Of a DNA stretch of 61,209 bases, positions 1 to 10,076 are shown one piece after another. The stretch's first letter is position 1. Every line of letters begins with the position of its first letter. The stretch spans positions 1 to 61,209 of the forward strand of contig JADHWK010000010.1 in assembly GCA_016783505.1 (NCBI GenBank), written 5' to 3'. This DNA is from Candidatus Zhuqueibacterota bacterium. Its GTDB lineage: Bacteria > BS750m-G25. Under the pieces are notes generated by a model that did no database searches, had not been told where the DNA came from, and was given only the letters and a program-made list of their open reading frames with translations. A program made the translations under genes and the position numbers.

Positions 1-197
1 CACCGAACAAACCAAAAAAGTCCGTTAAGGGCTTAATGGGGAGTTATATCCAAAAAATCACTGATTTTTATCCCTTTGAATTTACTACAACTTTTCGGCA
101 CCCACTTTTTTCTTGACAGGAGCATTATAGGATGTCCCCTATTACACGTACAGTGGAAAAAAGGAAAACCAGGGTCATTTTATGAGGTCATCAAACA

Positions 198-965
198 ATG
201 AAAAAAAACCCTCTTAAAAAAGCATTTTCAGAAAACAGGCAAACCTATGGATCGTGGATAACGCTTTCCCATCCCTTGATCCCTGAAATACTGGCCCCGG
301 CAGGATTTGACTGGCTGGTGGTGGATATGGAACACAGCTCGATCGGATTAACAGAGCTTTTCCCCCTGATCATATCCATCGAAGCAAACGGCATGGTGCC
401 GCTGGTGCGCGTTGGTGAGAACAATCCCAATTTGATTAAACGGGTAATGGATGCCGGAAGTTATGGGGTGATCGTCCCTAATGTGAAGAGCGCACAGGAG
501 GCACTCCATGCTGTCCATGCGGTTAAATATCCGCCCGAAGGTACCCGCGGCGTAGGTCTTTATCGGGCCCAGAAGTACGGCCGGGAGTTCGAAGAGTATA
601 AGAAATGGCTTTCAGAGCAGAGCCTTGTCATTATTCAGATTGAACACATTGAAGCAGTTCACCGGATTGATGAGATATTCACAGTGCCGGGCATCGATGC
701 CTTCATGATCGGACCCTACGATCTCTCCGGTTCTCTTGGAAAACCCGGTGAATTTGGTGACCCTGAAGTCGTTGAAGCACTGGAAAAAGTCCAGGAGGCA
801 GCCGATCGTCATCAGGTACCGGCAGGTTTTCATTCGGTTTCTTCCGACCCGGAAGAAGCCCGCCGAAGAATGGAACAGGGATACCGGTTTTTGGCCTTCA
901 GTCTCGATACTATTTTTTTAGGTGATGCGGCCTCCCGCGCATTATCGGAATTGAGAGGGTATTAG
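198..965 (+). CDS. HpcH/HpaI family class II (pyruvate) aldolase
   Basis: Motifs GFDWLVVDMEHS, PLVRV, YPPEGTRGVG, IQIEH, IGPYDLSGSLG; GAGG RBS upstream. Confidence 0.92.
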   Translation: MKKNPLKKAFSENRQTYGSWITLSHPLIPEILAPAGFDWLVVDMEHSSIGLTELFPLIISIEANGMVPLVRVGENNPNLIKRVMDAGSYGVIVPNVKSAQEALHAVHAVKYPPEGTRGVGLYRAQKYGREFEEYKKWLSEQSLVIIQIEHIEAVHRIDEIFTVPGIDAFMIGPYDLSGSLGKPGEFGDPEVVEALEKVQEAADRHQVPAGFHSVSSDPEEARRRMEQGYRFLAFSLDTIFLGDAASRALSELRGY

Positions 966-1745
966 ATGAATATCATCGGCATAATACCGGCGCGAATGGC
1001 ATCGACCCGATTTCCAGGAAAACCCCTTGCAGAAATCCTGGGAACTCCCATGCTGGGTCACGTTTACTTTCGCAGTCGCATGAGTGCCACGCTGAATGAT
1101 CTTTATGTGGCCACCTGCGATCATGAGATCGTTGATTATATTTCGTCGATTGACGGTAAGGCGATAATGACCAAAGATACACACGAACGGGCATCCGACC
1201 GAACCGCTGAAGCGATGCTCAAAATCGAATCGGAAACCGGAAGCCATATCGATATTGTGGTTATGATCCAGGGAGATGAACCTATGGTGTTTCCGGAGAT
1301 GATAGATGCATCAGTCCGACCTCTAGTCAATGATAAGCGCATCATGGTCAGCAATTTGATGGCCCCCTTGAAGAATCGCGCGGAGCATGAGGATCCGAAC
1401 GAAGTAAAGGTCGTGGTGGACCGGGAGAACTTTGCCCTCTATTTCTCCCGTGAACCTATACCTTCGTGGAAAAAAGGTGCAGAAACCCTTCCCATGCTGA
1501 AACAGGTCTGCATTATTCCCTTTCAGAGAGATTTTTTAATCAAGTTCAATGAACTGGAACAAACCACTCTGGAAGAGATCGAGTCCGTGGATATGCTCAG
1601 AATCCTGGAACATGGATACCAGGTGAAAATGATTGAGGTTGATATGGATACATACAGTGTGGATACCATTGAGGATTTAAAGCGTGTCGAGAAACTGATG
1701 GAGAAAGATTCTTTGATAGCCAAGTACGAAATGGAAAAGAAATGA
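966..1745 (+). CDS. kdsB: CMP-Kdo synthetase-like 3-deoxy-ulosonate cytidylyltransferase
   Basis: IIPARMASTRFPGKPL, QGDEP, VKVV..ALYFSREPIP, LEEIESVDMLR, SVDT. Confidence 0.88.
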   Translation: MNIIGIIPARMASTRFPGKPLAEILGTPMLGHVYFRSRMSATLNDLYVATCDHEIVDYISSIDGKAIMTKDTHERASDRTAEAMLKIESETGSHIDIVVMIQGDEPMVFPEMIDASVRPLVNDKRIMVSNLMAPLKNRAEHEDPNEVKVVVDRENFALYFSREPIPSWKKGAETLPMLKQVCIIPFQRDFLIKFNELEQTTLEEIESVDMLRILEHGYQVKMIEVDMDTYSVDTIEDLKRVEKLMEKDSLIAKYEMEKK

Positions 1746-2656
1746 ATATTGCGATCACAACCACTTCGTTTGGTAAATATGATAGTTCACCTTTGGCGCG
1801 ATTGAAAGGCGCGCAGATTCACTATATTTTAAATCCCTATGGAAGGAAGCTTACAAAGGAAGAAGTTCTTGATATGTCGAAAGGTGTAGACGGTATTATT
1901 GCCGGGACGGAACCGTTAGGTGAGCAGGTGCTAAGAAAATTGCCACGACTCAAAGTAATTTCGCGATGTGGGGCCGGGATGGATAATGTTGATTTAGACG
2001 CGGCAGAAAGACTGGGAATTAAGGTTTTCAACACGCCCTACGGGCCAACGTTAGCCGTTGCAGAGTTGACCGTAGGCTTGATCCTCGATCTTTTAAGAAA
2101 AGTTACCCTGATGGACAGCGAGTTAAGGGCGGGTGTGTGGAATAAACGAATGGGAAACCTTCTATACGGCAAGAAGGTCGGGATTATTGGTTTTGGAAGG
2201 ATAGGCCAGAAAGTTGCTGAACTGGTGATGACCTTTGGCGTCGAGGTCGGCTACTGTGATGTCTGTGAGATTTCATGTGATTTATCTTGTACCGCAAAGG
2301 AATTCGAAAACCTACTTGCTTGGTCCGATATTATTACCCTGCATATATCTGCGCAAAAGGAGATGGTACTCATTTTAGGGGAAAAAGAAATAGGAATGAT
2401 GAAAGAAGGGGCGTGGTTGGTGAATGTAGCTCGAGGGGGGATTGTGGATGAAGAGGCTCTTTATCAAACGTTAAAAAGAAATCATTTGGCAGGAGTTGCT
2501 CTGGATGTGTTCGGCAGTGAACCATACAATGGCCCATTGAGTACTTTAAACAATGTTATTATAACGCCCCATATAGGATCATACGCTCTGGAAGCACGGG
2601 TCGCGATGGAAATGGAGTCAGTTGAGAATATTATTGTAGGATTAAAAGGTAAATGA
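1742..2656 (+). CDS. D-isomer-specific 2-hydroxyacid dehydrogenase (phosphoglycerate dehydrogenase-like)
   Basis: GAGMDNVD, GIIGFGRIG, NVARGGIVDE, LDVF..EP, TPHIGS; ATGA overlap with the upstream gene. Confidence 0.9.
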   Translation: MNIAITTTSFGKYDSSPLARLKGAQIHYILNPYGRKLTKEEVLDMSKGVDGIIAGTEPLGEQVLRKLPRLKVISRCGAGMDNVDLDAAERLGIKVFNTPYGPTLAVAELTVGLILDLLRKVTLMDSELRAGVWNKRMGNLLYGKKVGIIGFGRIGQKVAELVMTFGVEVGYCDVCEISCDLSCTAKEFENLLAWSDIITLHISAQKEMVLILGEKEIGMMKEGAWLVNVARGGIVDEEALYQTLKRNHLAGVALDVFGSEPYNGPLSTLNNVIITPHIGSYALEARVAMEMESVENIIVGLKGK

Positions 2657-2766
2657 AAATGAAAGAAGGTGGCAAAAAAAGTTAAGCAGTTATGACGATA
2701 TGAATCAGGGGGTTTGGACGTGCTATATTGGGGAATTTGAAAACTGATGAATGTGAAGGATATTGT

Positions 2767-3423
2767 ATGAAGGATATTCAGGCGATCTTTTTTGATTTCG
2801 ATGGTGTTATCCTCGAATCGGTGGACGCAAAGGCATGGGCTTTTGAAAAGTTATTTGATGAATACCCTCAATACGTTGACGATATTGTATCCTTTCATTA
2901 TGCAAACGGTGGTATGTCCCGTTTCGATAAGTTTCGATACATCTATAAAAGTATCCTAAAACAACCCCTTTCAGAAGTACAATTTAAACAACTCTGTGAT
3001 GATTTTTCAGATCTTGTTTATAATCGTGTACTGGAATGTGATTTTGTCTCAGGAGCCAGGGAGTTTTTAGACAATTACTACAAGAAAATGTCGTTATTCA
3101 TTATATCAGGAACACCCCAAGATGAAATGGTTAAGATAGTGAATGAAAAAGGATTATGTCAGTATTTTCAAGGTATTTACGGCTCGCCGACACCGAAGGG
3201 GGTGTGGTTAAAGAGAATTATTGAAGAGAGATGCCTGGATCCAACGAAATGCATTTTTGTAGGTGATGCAACCAGCGATTATAATGCAGCAAGAGAGAAT
3301 GATCTTTTTTTTGTGTTGCGGGTGACCGATTCAAATTACGACATTTTCAAGGACAAAAAAGTTGATCTTGAGATATCAGACCTTTTTGAATTGGAGAGTT
3401 ATATCTCACAAGGGGGTAATTAA
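2767..3423 (+). CDS. HAD-family hydrolase/phosphatase
   Basis: Motif I FDFDGVI, SGTP, motif IV FVGDATSD; ATG at 2767 preferred over TTG at 2728. Confidence 0.88.
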   Translation: MKDIQAIFFDFDGVILESVDAKAWAFEKLFDEYPQYVDDIVSFHYANGGMSRFDKFRYIYKSILKQPLSEVQFKQLCDDFSDLVYNRVLECDFVSGAREFLDNYYKKMSLFIISGTPQDEMVKIVNEKGLCQYFQGIYGSPTPKGVWLKRIIEERCLDPTKCIFVGDATSDYNAARENDLFFVLRVTDSNYDIFKDKKVDLEISDLFELESYISQGGN

Positions 3424-4611
3424 GTGGATAAAAAAGAAGTTCCATGGAGTGGGAGGGGGCATAATTATACCAAGACTGAAATTGATGCCGTAATTGAAGC
3501 CATGACCCAAGCAGACCCCCTGACACAGGGAACACATTTGGCTGAATTTGAAAAAAAGTTTAAACATTACTTGGGCATTGAGCACGCCTTTGCAGTGGCC
3601 AACTGTACAAACGCACTCGATCTTGCCGCATTATTATCAGGGCTAAGAAACGGTGACGAAGTAATTATTCCCGCCCACACTTTTTGTGCAACGGCCATTC
3701 CTTTTGCCAGGACAGGCGCTAAGATAGTGTGGGCCGATATAGATCCACAGACGCTGGTCGTATCAGCCGAAACGATAAGACCGCTCATTACTGAAAAAAC
3801 CAAGGTTGTCGTGGTTGTCCATCTATATGGATTAATGAGCGACATGGAATCCATAATGGACCTGGCAAAAGAATTTGGTCTCTTGATCGTTGAAGATTGC
3901 GCTCAGGCCATCGGTGCGGATATTAATGGGGAGAAAGCCGGGACCTTTGGAGATTTCGCTTGTTTCAGCTTCCATGGCGCTAAAAACATGTCCACTTTGG
4001 GCGAAGGAGGAATGCTGGTTGTTAGATCAAACGAGCTTGCTTCGCCAGTGCTAGGATTACGTCATAATGGCAGTCGCCCGTATAGAGGAGAAAGGGATCA
4101 ATACTGGAAACCGGCTATGAGCAATGTGGAATCCGACATAGATGGTATTTGGCCTTACAATTTTTGTTTAGGAGAAATTGCGTGTGCTGTAGGTTCCACT
4201 TTGCTTGACCGAATAGATGAGATGAATGCCCAAAGAATCGCGCGTGCAACCCGATTCATCAAGGCGATGAGGGATTATCCAGAAATAGTTTTTCAAAAAA
4301 TGCCAACAGGTTTTAAACATATTTACCACCTTCTTGCTGCCAGGTTTGATAGTCCGAAATATGGAAAATCAAACGATGACTTTATTCGGCTCATGTCAAC
4401 AAAGTACAGAGTGAAGGTGATTGTACAGTATTACCCCCTCTATAGATATCCACTATTTATTAAAAACGGATTTGGAGAAGCCAACTGCCCCAACTCCGAC
4501 GCCTTTTACGACAACATGGTTTCATTTCCCTTTCATCTGTGGATGACCGAGACGGACTTTGACTATATGATTCATGCAACCCGAGCGGCACTCGATGAGC
4601 TGAGGAGGTAA
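3424..4611 (+). CDS. DegT/DnrJ/EryC1/StrS PLP-dependent sugar aminotransferase
   Basis: GDEVIIPAHTFCAT, VHLYG, VEDCAQ, SFHGAKNMSTLGEGG (PLP lysine). Confidence 0.92.
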   Translation: MDKKEVPWSGRGHNYTKTEIDAVIEAMTQADPLTQGTHLAEFEKKFKHYLGIEHAFAVANCTNALDLAALLSGLRNGDEVIIPAHTFCATAIPFARTGAKIVWADIDPQTLVVSAETIRPLITEKTKVVVVVHLYGLMSDMESIMDLAKEFGLLIVEDCAQAIGADINGEKAGTFGDFACFSFHGAKNMSTLGEGGMLVVRSNELASPVLGLRHNGSRPYRGERDQYWKPAMSNVESDIDGIWPYNFCLGEIACAVGSTLLDRIDEMNAQRIARATRFIKAMRDYPEIVFQKMPTGFKHIYHLLAARFDSPKYGKSNDDFIRLMSTKYRVKVIVQYYPLYRYPLFIKNGFGEANCPNSDAFYDNMVSFPFHLWMTETDFDYMIHATRAALDELRR

Positions 4612-4613
4612 AA

Positions 4614-5759
4614 GTGGAATTCTCCTTTTTTATGGGGACACGTATCTTTTTCGGGAGTGACAGCTTTGCCCAACTTAGGCAAATCATAAAAAGTACCCGG
4701 TATTCGAGGATCGGGATTGTTGTGGATCACAATCTTACAGGCCTTCCCATTACCCAGGATCTGCTCTCGGTGATAAAAGAAAATACCGGGACTATTACCA
4801 ACAAGGTTACGGTCACAGAGCCAACTTACCGCTACCTTGAAGAAATCCGCCAGCCCTTTATGGAAAGCGGCATACAGGCCGTTGTCGGAATCGGGGGGGG
4901 AAGCGCATTGGATACGGCCAAGGCCGTTGCCGTGCTGGTCAACAACAAGGATAAGGCTATTACCTACCGGGGTTTCGATAAAATGACCGAACCGGTGCTG
5001 CCTGTTTTGGCCATTCCCACGACTGCCGGAACAGGCTCAGAAGTAACTCTCAACGCTTCCTTCATTGACGACGATGAGAAAAGAAAACTTGGTATCAATG
5101 GGGAGGCCATTCGGCCCCAGTATGCTTTTTTAAATCCAAAAATGGTTGTGAGCTGCCCCAAAGAGGCCGCTGTTTCAGCAGGATTGGATGCACTGGTTCA
5201 CGCTGTGGAAGCCTTTGCAGCAAAGAAATCGACATATGTCTCGCGGATCTTTTCCAGGGAAGCGGTTCGCCTTGTATTGAATAATCTCGAAAAAGCTGTT
5301 CTGGAGAGGAATGAGAGCGCCCTCGAACAGGTATTCCTGGGAAGCATGTTTGCCGGAATCGCGATGATGAATTCGGGTACGGGACCGGCAGCGGCATTTT
5401 CATATCCATTAGGTGTTCATAAAAAGGTGCCCCATGGATTAGCGGGTGGTGTTTTTTTGCCCATGATTATGGAGTGGAATGTCAGAAGTGGTTATCAAGG
5501 ATATGGAGATCTGGCTTCAATGATTTCAATGGAGAAATCATCGTCTCCTCAGGACGAAAAGGCCCGATATGTGGTCAATCGATTCAGAGAGTTGTGGCAG
5601 AACCTTGGTGTCCCAACAGACCTTAAGGAATATAATTTCGTTGCTGAAGATACATCTGTATTTTTAAATGATATCCTGGAATTACAGGGTGCCCTGGAAC
5701 AAAATCCCATCGGCCTTGGCGAAAATGAAATCAAAATGTTTCTGGAGAGTGTTTTATAA
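4614..5759 (+). CDS. Iron-containing (group III) alcohol dehydrogenase
   Basis: GIGGGSALDTAKA, PTTAGTGSEVT, DALVHAVE, PHG. Confidence 0.9.
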   Translation: MEFSFFMGTRIFFGSDSFAQLRQIIKSTRYSRIGIVVDHNLTGLPITQDLLSVIKENTGTITNKVTVTEPTYRYLEEIRQPFMESGIQAVVGIGGGSALDTAKAVAVLVNNKDKAITYRGFDKMTEPVLPVLAIPTTAGTGSEVTLNASFIDDDEKRKLGINGEAIRPQYAFLNPKMVVSCPKEAAVSAGLDALVHAVEAFAAKKSTYVSRIFSREAVRLVLNNLEKAVLERNESALEQVFLGSMFAGIAMMNSGTGPAAAFSYPLGVHKKVPHGLAGGVFLPMIMEWNVRSGYQGYGDLASMISMEKSSSPQDEKARYVVNRFRELWQNLGVPTDLKEYNFVAEDTSVFLNDILELQGALEQNPIGLGENEIKMFLESVL

Positions 5760-6413
5760 ATGCCAAGCATATCTGTTCTCATAACCGCATATAATGTTGA
5801 AAGATACATCGGCAGGGCAATAAGATCTGCATTAAGCCAGAGTATTCCAAATGAGGCTTACGAAATTATTGTTATTAATGATTGCAGCTATGATCGCACG
5901 CGTTTTGCCCTTGAAGTTTTTGAAGATGATATAAAATTGATTAACAATAAAAACAGGCTTGGCCTCCCGGCTTCATTAAATAAGGGGATTAAAAAGGCAA
6001 AGGGCCGCTTTGTGGTACGTCAGGATGGAGATGATTACATCCATAAAGATTTCTTGAAAGTTCTTGATCTTCATCTAAGCCTCAATGACGATATCGATGC
6101 AATCGCATGTGATTATCTCCTGGTTGATAATGATGAACATATATTAGGCAAGATGAACTGTATGGAACACCCCATTGCATGTGGTATTATGTTCAGGATA
6201 GATCAATTGATCGACATTGGTATGTATGATGAAAATTTTATTGCACGCGAGGATGAGGATTTGAGGATACGTTTTTTGCAAAAATATAATATCGAGCGGG
6301 TACAGATACCGCTGTACAGGTATAGAAGACATGATAATAATCTTACAAATAACAAAAAAGTTATGCGTAAATATGATAATATGCTAACAACTAAGCATTT
6401 TTTAAAGGATTAA
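5760..6413 (+). CDS. Glycosyltransferase family 2
   Basis: SVLITAYN, INDCSYD, GLPASLNKG, DGDD, EDEDL. Confidence 0.9.
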   Translation: MPSISVLITAYNVERYIGRAIRSALSQSIPNEAYEIIVINDCSYDRTRFALEVFEDDIKLINNKNRLGLPASLNKGIKKAKGRFVVRQDGDDYIHKDFLKVLDLHLSLNDDIDAIACDYLLVDNDEHILGKMNCMEHPIACGIMFRIDQLIDIGMYDENFIAREDEDLRIRFLQKYNIERVQIPLYRYRRHDNNLTNNKKVMRKYDNMLTTKHFLKD

Positions 6414-6419
6414 TGCTCA

Positions 6420-7490
6420 ATGTCACGTATCTTTCCTTCTATAACAATAGGCAATAGAATCATAAATTGTTGTACCTTGCCTTATATCATTGCTGAAATC
6501 GGGGTTAACCATGAAGGCTCGATAGAAAAGGCAAAAGAACTTATTACTCTGGCAAGAGAAGGTGGGGCTGACGCAGTCAAATTTCAGACCTATAAAGCGG
6601 AAACCTTAGCTTCGCAACAAAGTCCTGCCTATTGGGATTTATCAAAAGAACCTACTGCCAGTCAGTATGAATTGTTCCAAAAATATGACAAATTCGGAGA
6701 AAAAGAATATGAACTTTTAGCTGAATATTGCAGAAAGGTGGGAATAGATTTTTTGTCTACCCCATTTGATGATCGGGCTGTGGAATTCCTTTTTCCATTG
6801 GTTTCTTGCTTTAAAGCTGCTTCAGCCGATATTACCAACTATCCGTTATTAAGAAAGATAGCAAAAAAGGGAAAACCTGTGCTGCTTTCCACAGGGGCGT
6901 CCACGCTGGCTGAGATAGAGAGCGCTATAACTGAATTGGAAGGAGTCGGATGTGAATCATTGGCCTTGCTTCACTGTATTTTGAATTACCCAACTCCGTA
7001 TGAAAATGCTAACCTCAATATGATCCAAGGGTTGTGCAAAGTTTTCCCAAATTATCTTATAGGCTATTCTGACCATACCGTTCCCGATCAGACCATGTTG
7101 ATTTTGACTGCCGCCTATCTTAAGGGGGCGCGAATTATAGAAAAACATTTTACCTATGACAGGAGTTTGCCGGGCAATGACCATTATCATGCGATGGATG
7201 TGAATGGTTTGAAGCGATTAAAGGAGAATTTTTTGCTTCTCCAAAAAGGCGAAGGAATCACACATAAATACCCTATTTTATCGGAAATGCCAGCCAGAAA
7301 AAATGCCAGAAGAAGTATTGTGCTTAGAGAAAAACTGAACAAAGGCACAATCTTGACTGAGGCAATGATTACCCCCAAACGACCGGCTTGCGGAATTAGT
7401 CCCATACATTGGAATGATGTCATTGGCAGAAAAGTTGTACGTGATCTTCCCGAAGATCATATTCTATGTTGGGAGGATCTTTCTCGGTGA
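6420..7490 (+). CDS. NeuB-family nonulosonate (N-acetylneuraminate-type) synthase with C-terminal SAF domain
   Basis: IIAEIGVNHEG, AVKFQTY, STPFD, GYSDHT, IEKHFT, ARRS, KRP..GISP. Confidence 0.93.
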   Translation: MSRIFPSITIGNRIINCCTLPYIIAEIGVNHEGSIEKAKELITLAREGGADAVKFQTYKAETLASQQSPAYWDLSKEPTASQYELFQKYDKFGEKEYELLAEYCRKVGIDFLSTPFDDRAVEFLFPLVSCFKAASADITNYPLLRKIAKKGKPVLLSTGASTLAEIESAITELEGVGCESLALLHCILNYPTPYENANLNMIQGLCKVFPNYLIGYSDHTVPDQTMLILTAAYLKGARIIEKHFTYDRSLPGNDHYHAMDVNGLKRLKENFLLLQKGEGITHKYPILSEMPARKNARRSIVLREKLNKGTILTEAMITPKRPACGISPIHWNDVIGRKVVRDLPEDHILCWEDLSR

Positions 7491-8197
7491 AGAGACACTC
7501 ACTACGGACAGTGGGGGTGATCCAGGCAAGAATGGGATCATCACGTCTTCCAGGTAAAATGATGGAGGATCTTTGCGGAGTTCCTCTTCTAACATGGGTG
7601 ATCGAAAGATGCAAAAGGGCATCGGCATTGGATGAGATTGTCATCGCTACGACCAACAACGCGGAAGATGATCGTTTAATCACCATTGCACAAGATCTTG
7701 GGGCAGAGGTTTTTCGGGGAAGCGAAAAGGATGTCTTGAGCCGGTTTGTTGTAGCGGCTGAGCAGCATAATGCTGAGATTGTTGTAAGGATTTGTGCAGA
7801 TAACCCTCTTGTTTCTCCTGAAGAAATTGATCGATTGTTTGAGTTTTATGTGATGAATTTGCCCGACTATGCATTTAATCATGTTCCGCGCTTGAATAAT
7901 AATTATCCCGATGGCCTTGGCGTTGAGATATTCTCGAAGGATTTCCTTAAAAGCATAAATAGTGTTGCGACTGATGCTAACTACCGCGAGCATGTTACGC
8001 TTTGGGTATGGGAGCATACTGACCAGGTAAACATTCAGACAATAAACTGTCCGAGTGCGTATGCGTACCCCGATGCAAAGTTGGATATAGATACCCCCGA
8101 TGACTTAATGAGAATGAGAACCCTATGCAGGCACTTGCGGTTTGATTCAAAGCCGGCTGAAATTTTGAGATGGTGGCGTTCTTTGAAGGAAATATAA
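7466..8197 (+). CDS. SpsF-like cytidylyltransferase (spore coat polysaccharide protein F family)
   Basis: IQARMGSSRLPGKMM, FRGSEKDVLSRF, VRICADNP, REHVT, LDIDTPDD; exact start uncertain. Confidence 0.88.
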   Translation: MLGGSFSVKRHSLRTVGVIQARMGSSRLPGKMMEDLCGVPLLTWVIERCKRASALDEIVIATTNNAEDDRLITIAQDLGAEVFRGSEKDVLSRFVVAAEQHNAEIVVRICADNPLVSPEEIDRLFEFYVMNLPDYAFNHVPRLNNNYPDGLGVEIFSKDFLKSINSVATDANYREHVTLWVWEHTDQVNIQTINCPSAYAYPDAKLDIDTPDDLMRMRTLCRHLRFDSKPAEILRWWRSLKEI

Positions 8198-9945
8198 TGT
8201 TTTTAGCGACAACCGCTATTGATTCATTTTGGGACAAAAACGAAAAGATCCTGTTTTTGGGTCCGTGGTGCCTCTTACCACAAGATAAACATATATGGAA
8301 ATTACTTGATTATGAAATAATGCCGAGCCCATGGCGGGATCGTGATGCTTATTATAAAGCGGGGAAATATACTTATAGGACATATCACTATTTGTTAGCC
8401 CAATTGACCGGTTATCTCAATTCTGTTCATAACACAAATCACACCGAACGGTTTTGGCAGATTATTATAGGGCCGTGGTTACTTCACTTTATTGAAGCGT
8501 TGTATGACAAGTATTGGTGTTTGAGAAAGGCACTGAGGCAAGAGCGTAAGCTCAGGACAACTCTACTGGATGATAAGTGTTTTATGACACCAATCGATAC
8601 TCTGGAGTTTTTTGACTTGTCCTTGGGTGATTTCTATAACTTGCAGATGTATTCGCAGTTGCTTAGTTGTCTTGGTGTTAAAGGCAAGACAAAGGCTTTT
8701 GAATTAGAGAAAAGGACTGTACTCCGAAAAGGCAAAAGTTTCAAAGATGTTATCAAGAAACTTGTTTTCATTCTGAGCTGTAAAATAGCGGGCAGGTCCA
8801 GAATTATTTTATGGGACGTTTACTTATCCAATCACCAGTTGTTCCAATATGTATTAGCATCAAGCTTTTCGGCTTTTCCAATTCTGTACTCTGATGATGG
8901 TCAAATGAATTGTCACAACAGTTGCTCTGACCATAGGCGCAATGGATTATCGGCGTTGGATTCATGTGATGAGTTCACTCGAATGCTGGTTAGCATTTTG
9001 CCAAGTAATTTTCCCATTCTTTATTTAGAAGGTTTCAAGGGGTTTTCTGGGGGGTTGTCTGTGAAACGGAAATCACCCCCAAAGGTGATTGTAAGCGCAA
9101 CAGGGTGGACGTTTAATGAAACACTGAAATTCTGTGCTGCAGACTGGTGTCAAAATGGCACAATACTTTGTGGAGTTCAGCATGGAGGGCTTTACGGAAC
9201 CGCTAAATGGATGCCAGTTGAAAAGCATGAAATTGAAATAACAGACAATTTTTACAGTTGGGGGTGGAGATCAAAGGATAATAAAGCGGTGAAGCCTCTT
9301 GCCAATCCGAAGGTGGGTTGGTCAAGATATAAGAGAAAAGGGAAAAAGCGGAAAAGCCATATCTTGTTTGTGGGAAATTCTAACCGCAGATATCTTTACC
9401 GATTTACTAGTTGGCCTGTAGCAGAAATGTTCGAGGAATACATGCAATGGCGGAATTTATTTTTACAGGAGTTGTCACCTGAAGTACGTGCTAATGTTTT
9501 GGTTCGGCTCCATGCAGAGGATTACGGGCGAGGTGAAAGAGAAGCAATCCTAAAAGTGATGAAAGAGGTTGCTTTCGACGATCACAGTGCATCGTTTTTG
9601 TCAAGACTAGATAATGCAGAGATTGTTGTCAGCGATCATCCAATCACTTGTATTTTCGAAAGCACATCAAAAAATGTCCCGACAGTTATGTTTTGGAATC
9701 CAGAGCATTGGGAATTGCGTAAAGACGCGAAGGAATTTTTTGAAGGACTCTTTGATGTCGGTATCTGGCATAAAGGACCAGAGGAGGCGGGTAAATTCCT
9801 AAACAAGATTATAAAAGACCCGTTGAAATGGTGGATGGACGCAAAAACGCAGGAGGCAAAAGACCGCTTCTTACATAGATACGCTATGGGCAGCAATCGT
9901 TGGGCAAAGATGTGGTGGCGCGAAATGAAGGCTCTAATTGCATGA
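8197..9945 (+). CDS. Putative surface-glycan transferase, LIC12162-like family
   Basis: N-terminal FLATTA..FWD..ILFLGPWC, W.IIIGPWL, QHGG.YG, SWGW; TAATG overlap with the upstream stop; family recognised from memory. Confidence 0.7.
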   Translation: MFLATTAIDSFWDKNEKILFLGPWCLLPQDKHIWKLLDYEIMPSPWRDRDAYYKAGKYTYRTYHYLLAQLTGYLNSVHNTNHTERFWQIIIGPWLLHFIEALYDKYWCLRKALRQERKLRTTLLDDKCFMTPIDTLEFFDLSLGDFYNLQMYSQLLSCLGVKGKTKAFELEKRTVLRKGKSFKDVIKKLVFILSCKIAGRSRIILWDVYLSNHQLFQYVLASSFSAFPILYSDDGQMNCHNSCSDHRRNGLSALDSCDEFTRMLVSILPSNFPILYLEGFKGFSGGLSVKRKSPPKVIVSATGWTFNETLKFCAADWCQNGTILCGVQHGGLYGTAKWMPVEKHEIEITDNFYSWGWRSKDNKAVKPLANPKVGWSRYKRKGKKRKSHILFVGNSNRRYLYRFTSWPVAEMFEEYMQWRNLFLQELSPEVRANVLVRLHAEDYGRGEREAILKVMKEVAFDDHSASFLSRLDNAEIVVSDHPITCIFESTSKNVPTVMFWNPEHWELRKDAKEFFEGLFDVGIWHKGPEEAGKFLNKIIKDPLKWWMDAKTQEAKDRFLHRYAMGSNRWAKMWWREMKALIA

Positions 9946-10031
9946 AAATCCCCGCAATAATCCAGACACGTATGAATGCCAAGAGGTTTCCGGGAAAAGT
10001 TATTCAGCACATACGCGGCAACCGTTTTTGA
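9942..10031 (+). pseudogene. Truncated N-terminus of a second SpsF-like cytidylyltransferase
   Basis: Reads MKIPAIIQTRMNAKRFPGKVIQHIRGNRF*, matching the IQARM.S.RLPGK motif; ATGA-coupled to the upstream stop. Confidence 0.75.
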
Positions 10032-10076
10032 AAAAGAGTGATGTAGAATAAAAAAAGAAAGGATATTTCTATAAAT

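Noticed and set aside
100-150. TTGACA as a sigma70 -35 element upstream of the first gene
   Set aside because: No properly spaced -10 box; no ops/JUMPstart element was recognised either
4893-4900. G8 tract in the alcohol dehydrogenase
   Set aside because: Encodes the conserved GGGS motif, so it is explained by protein constraint
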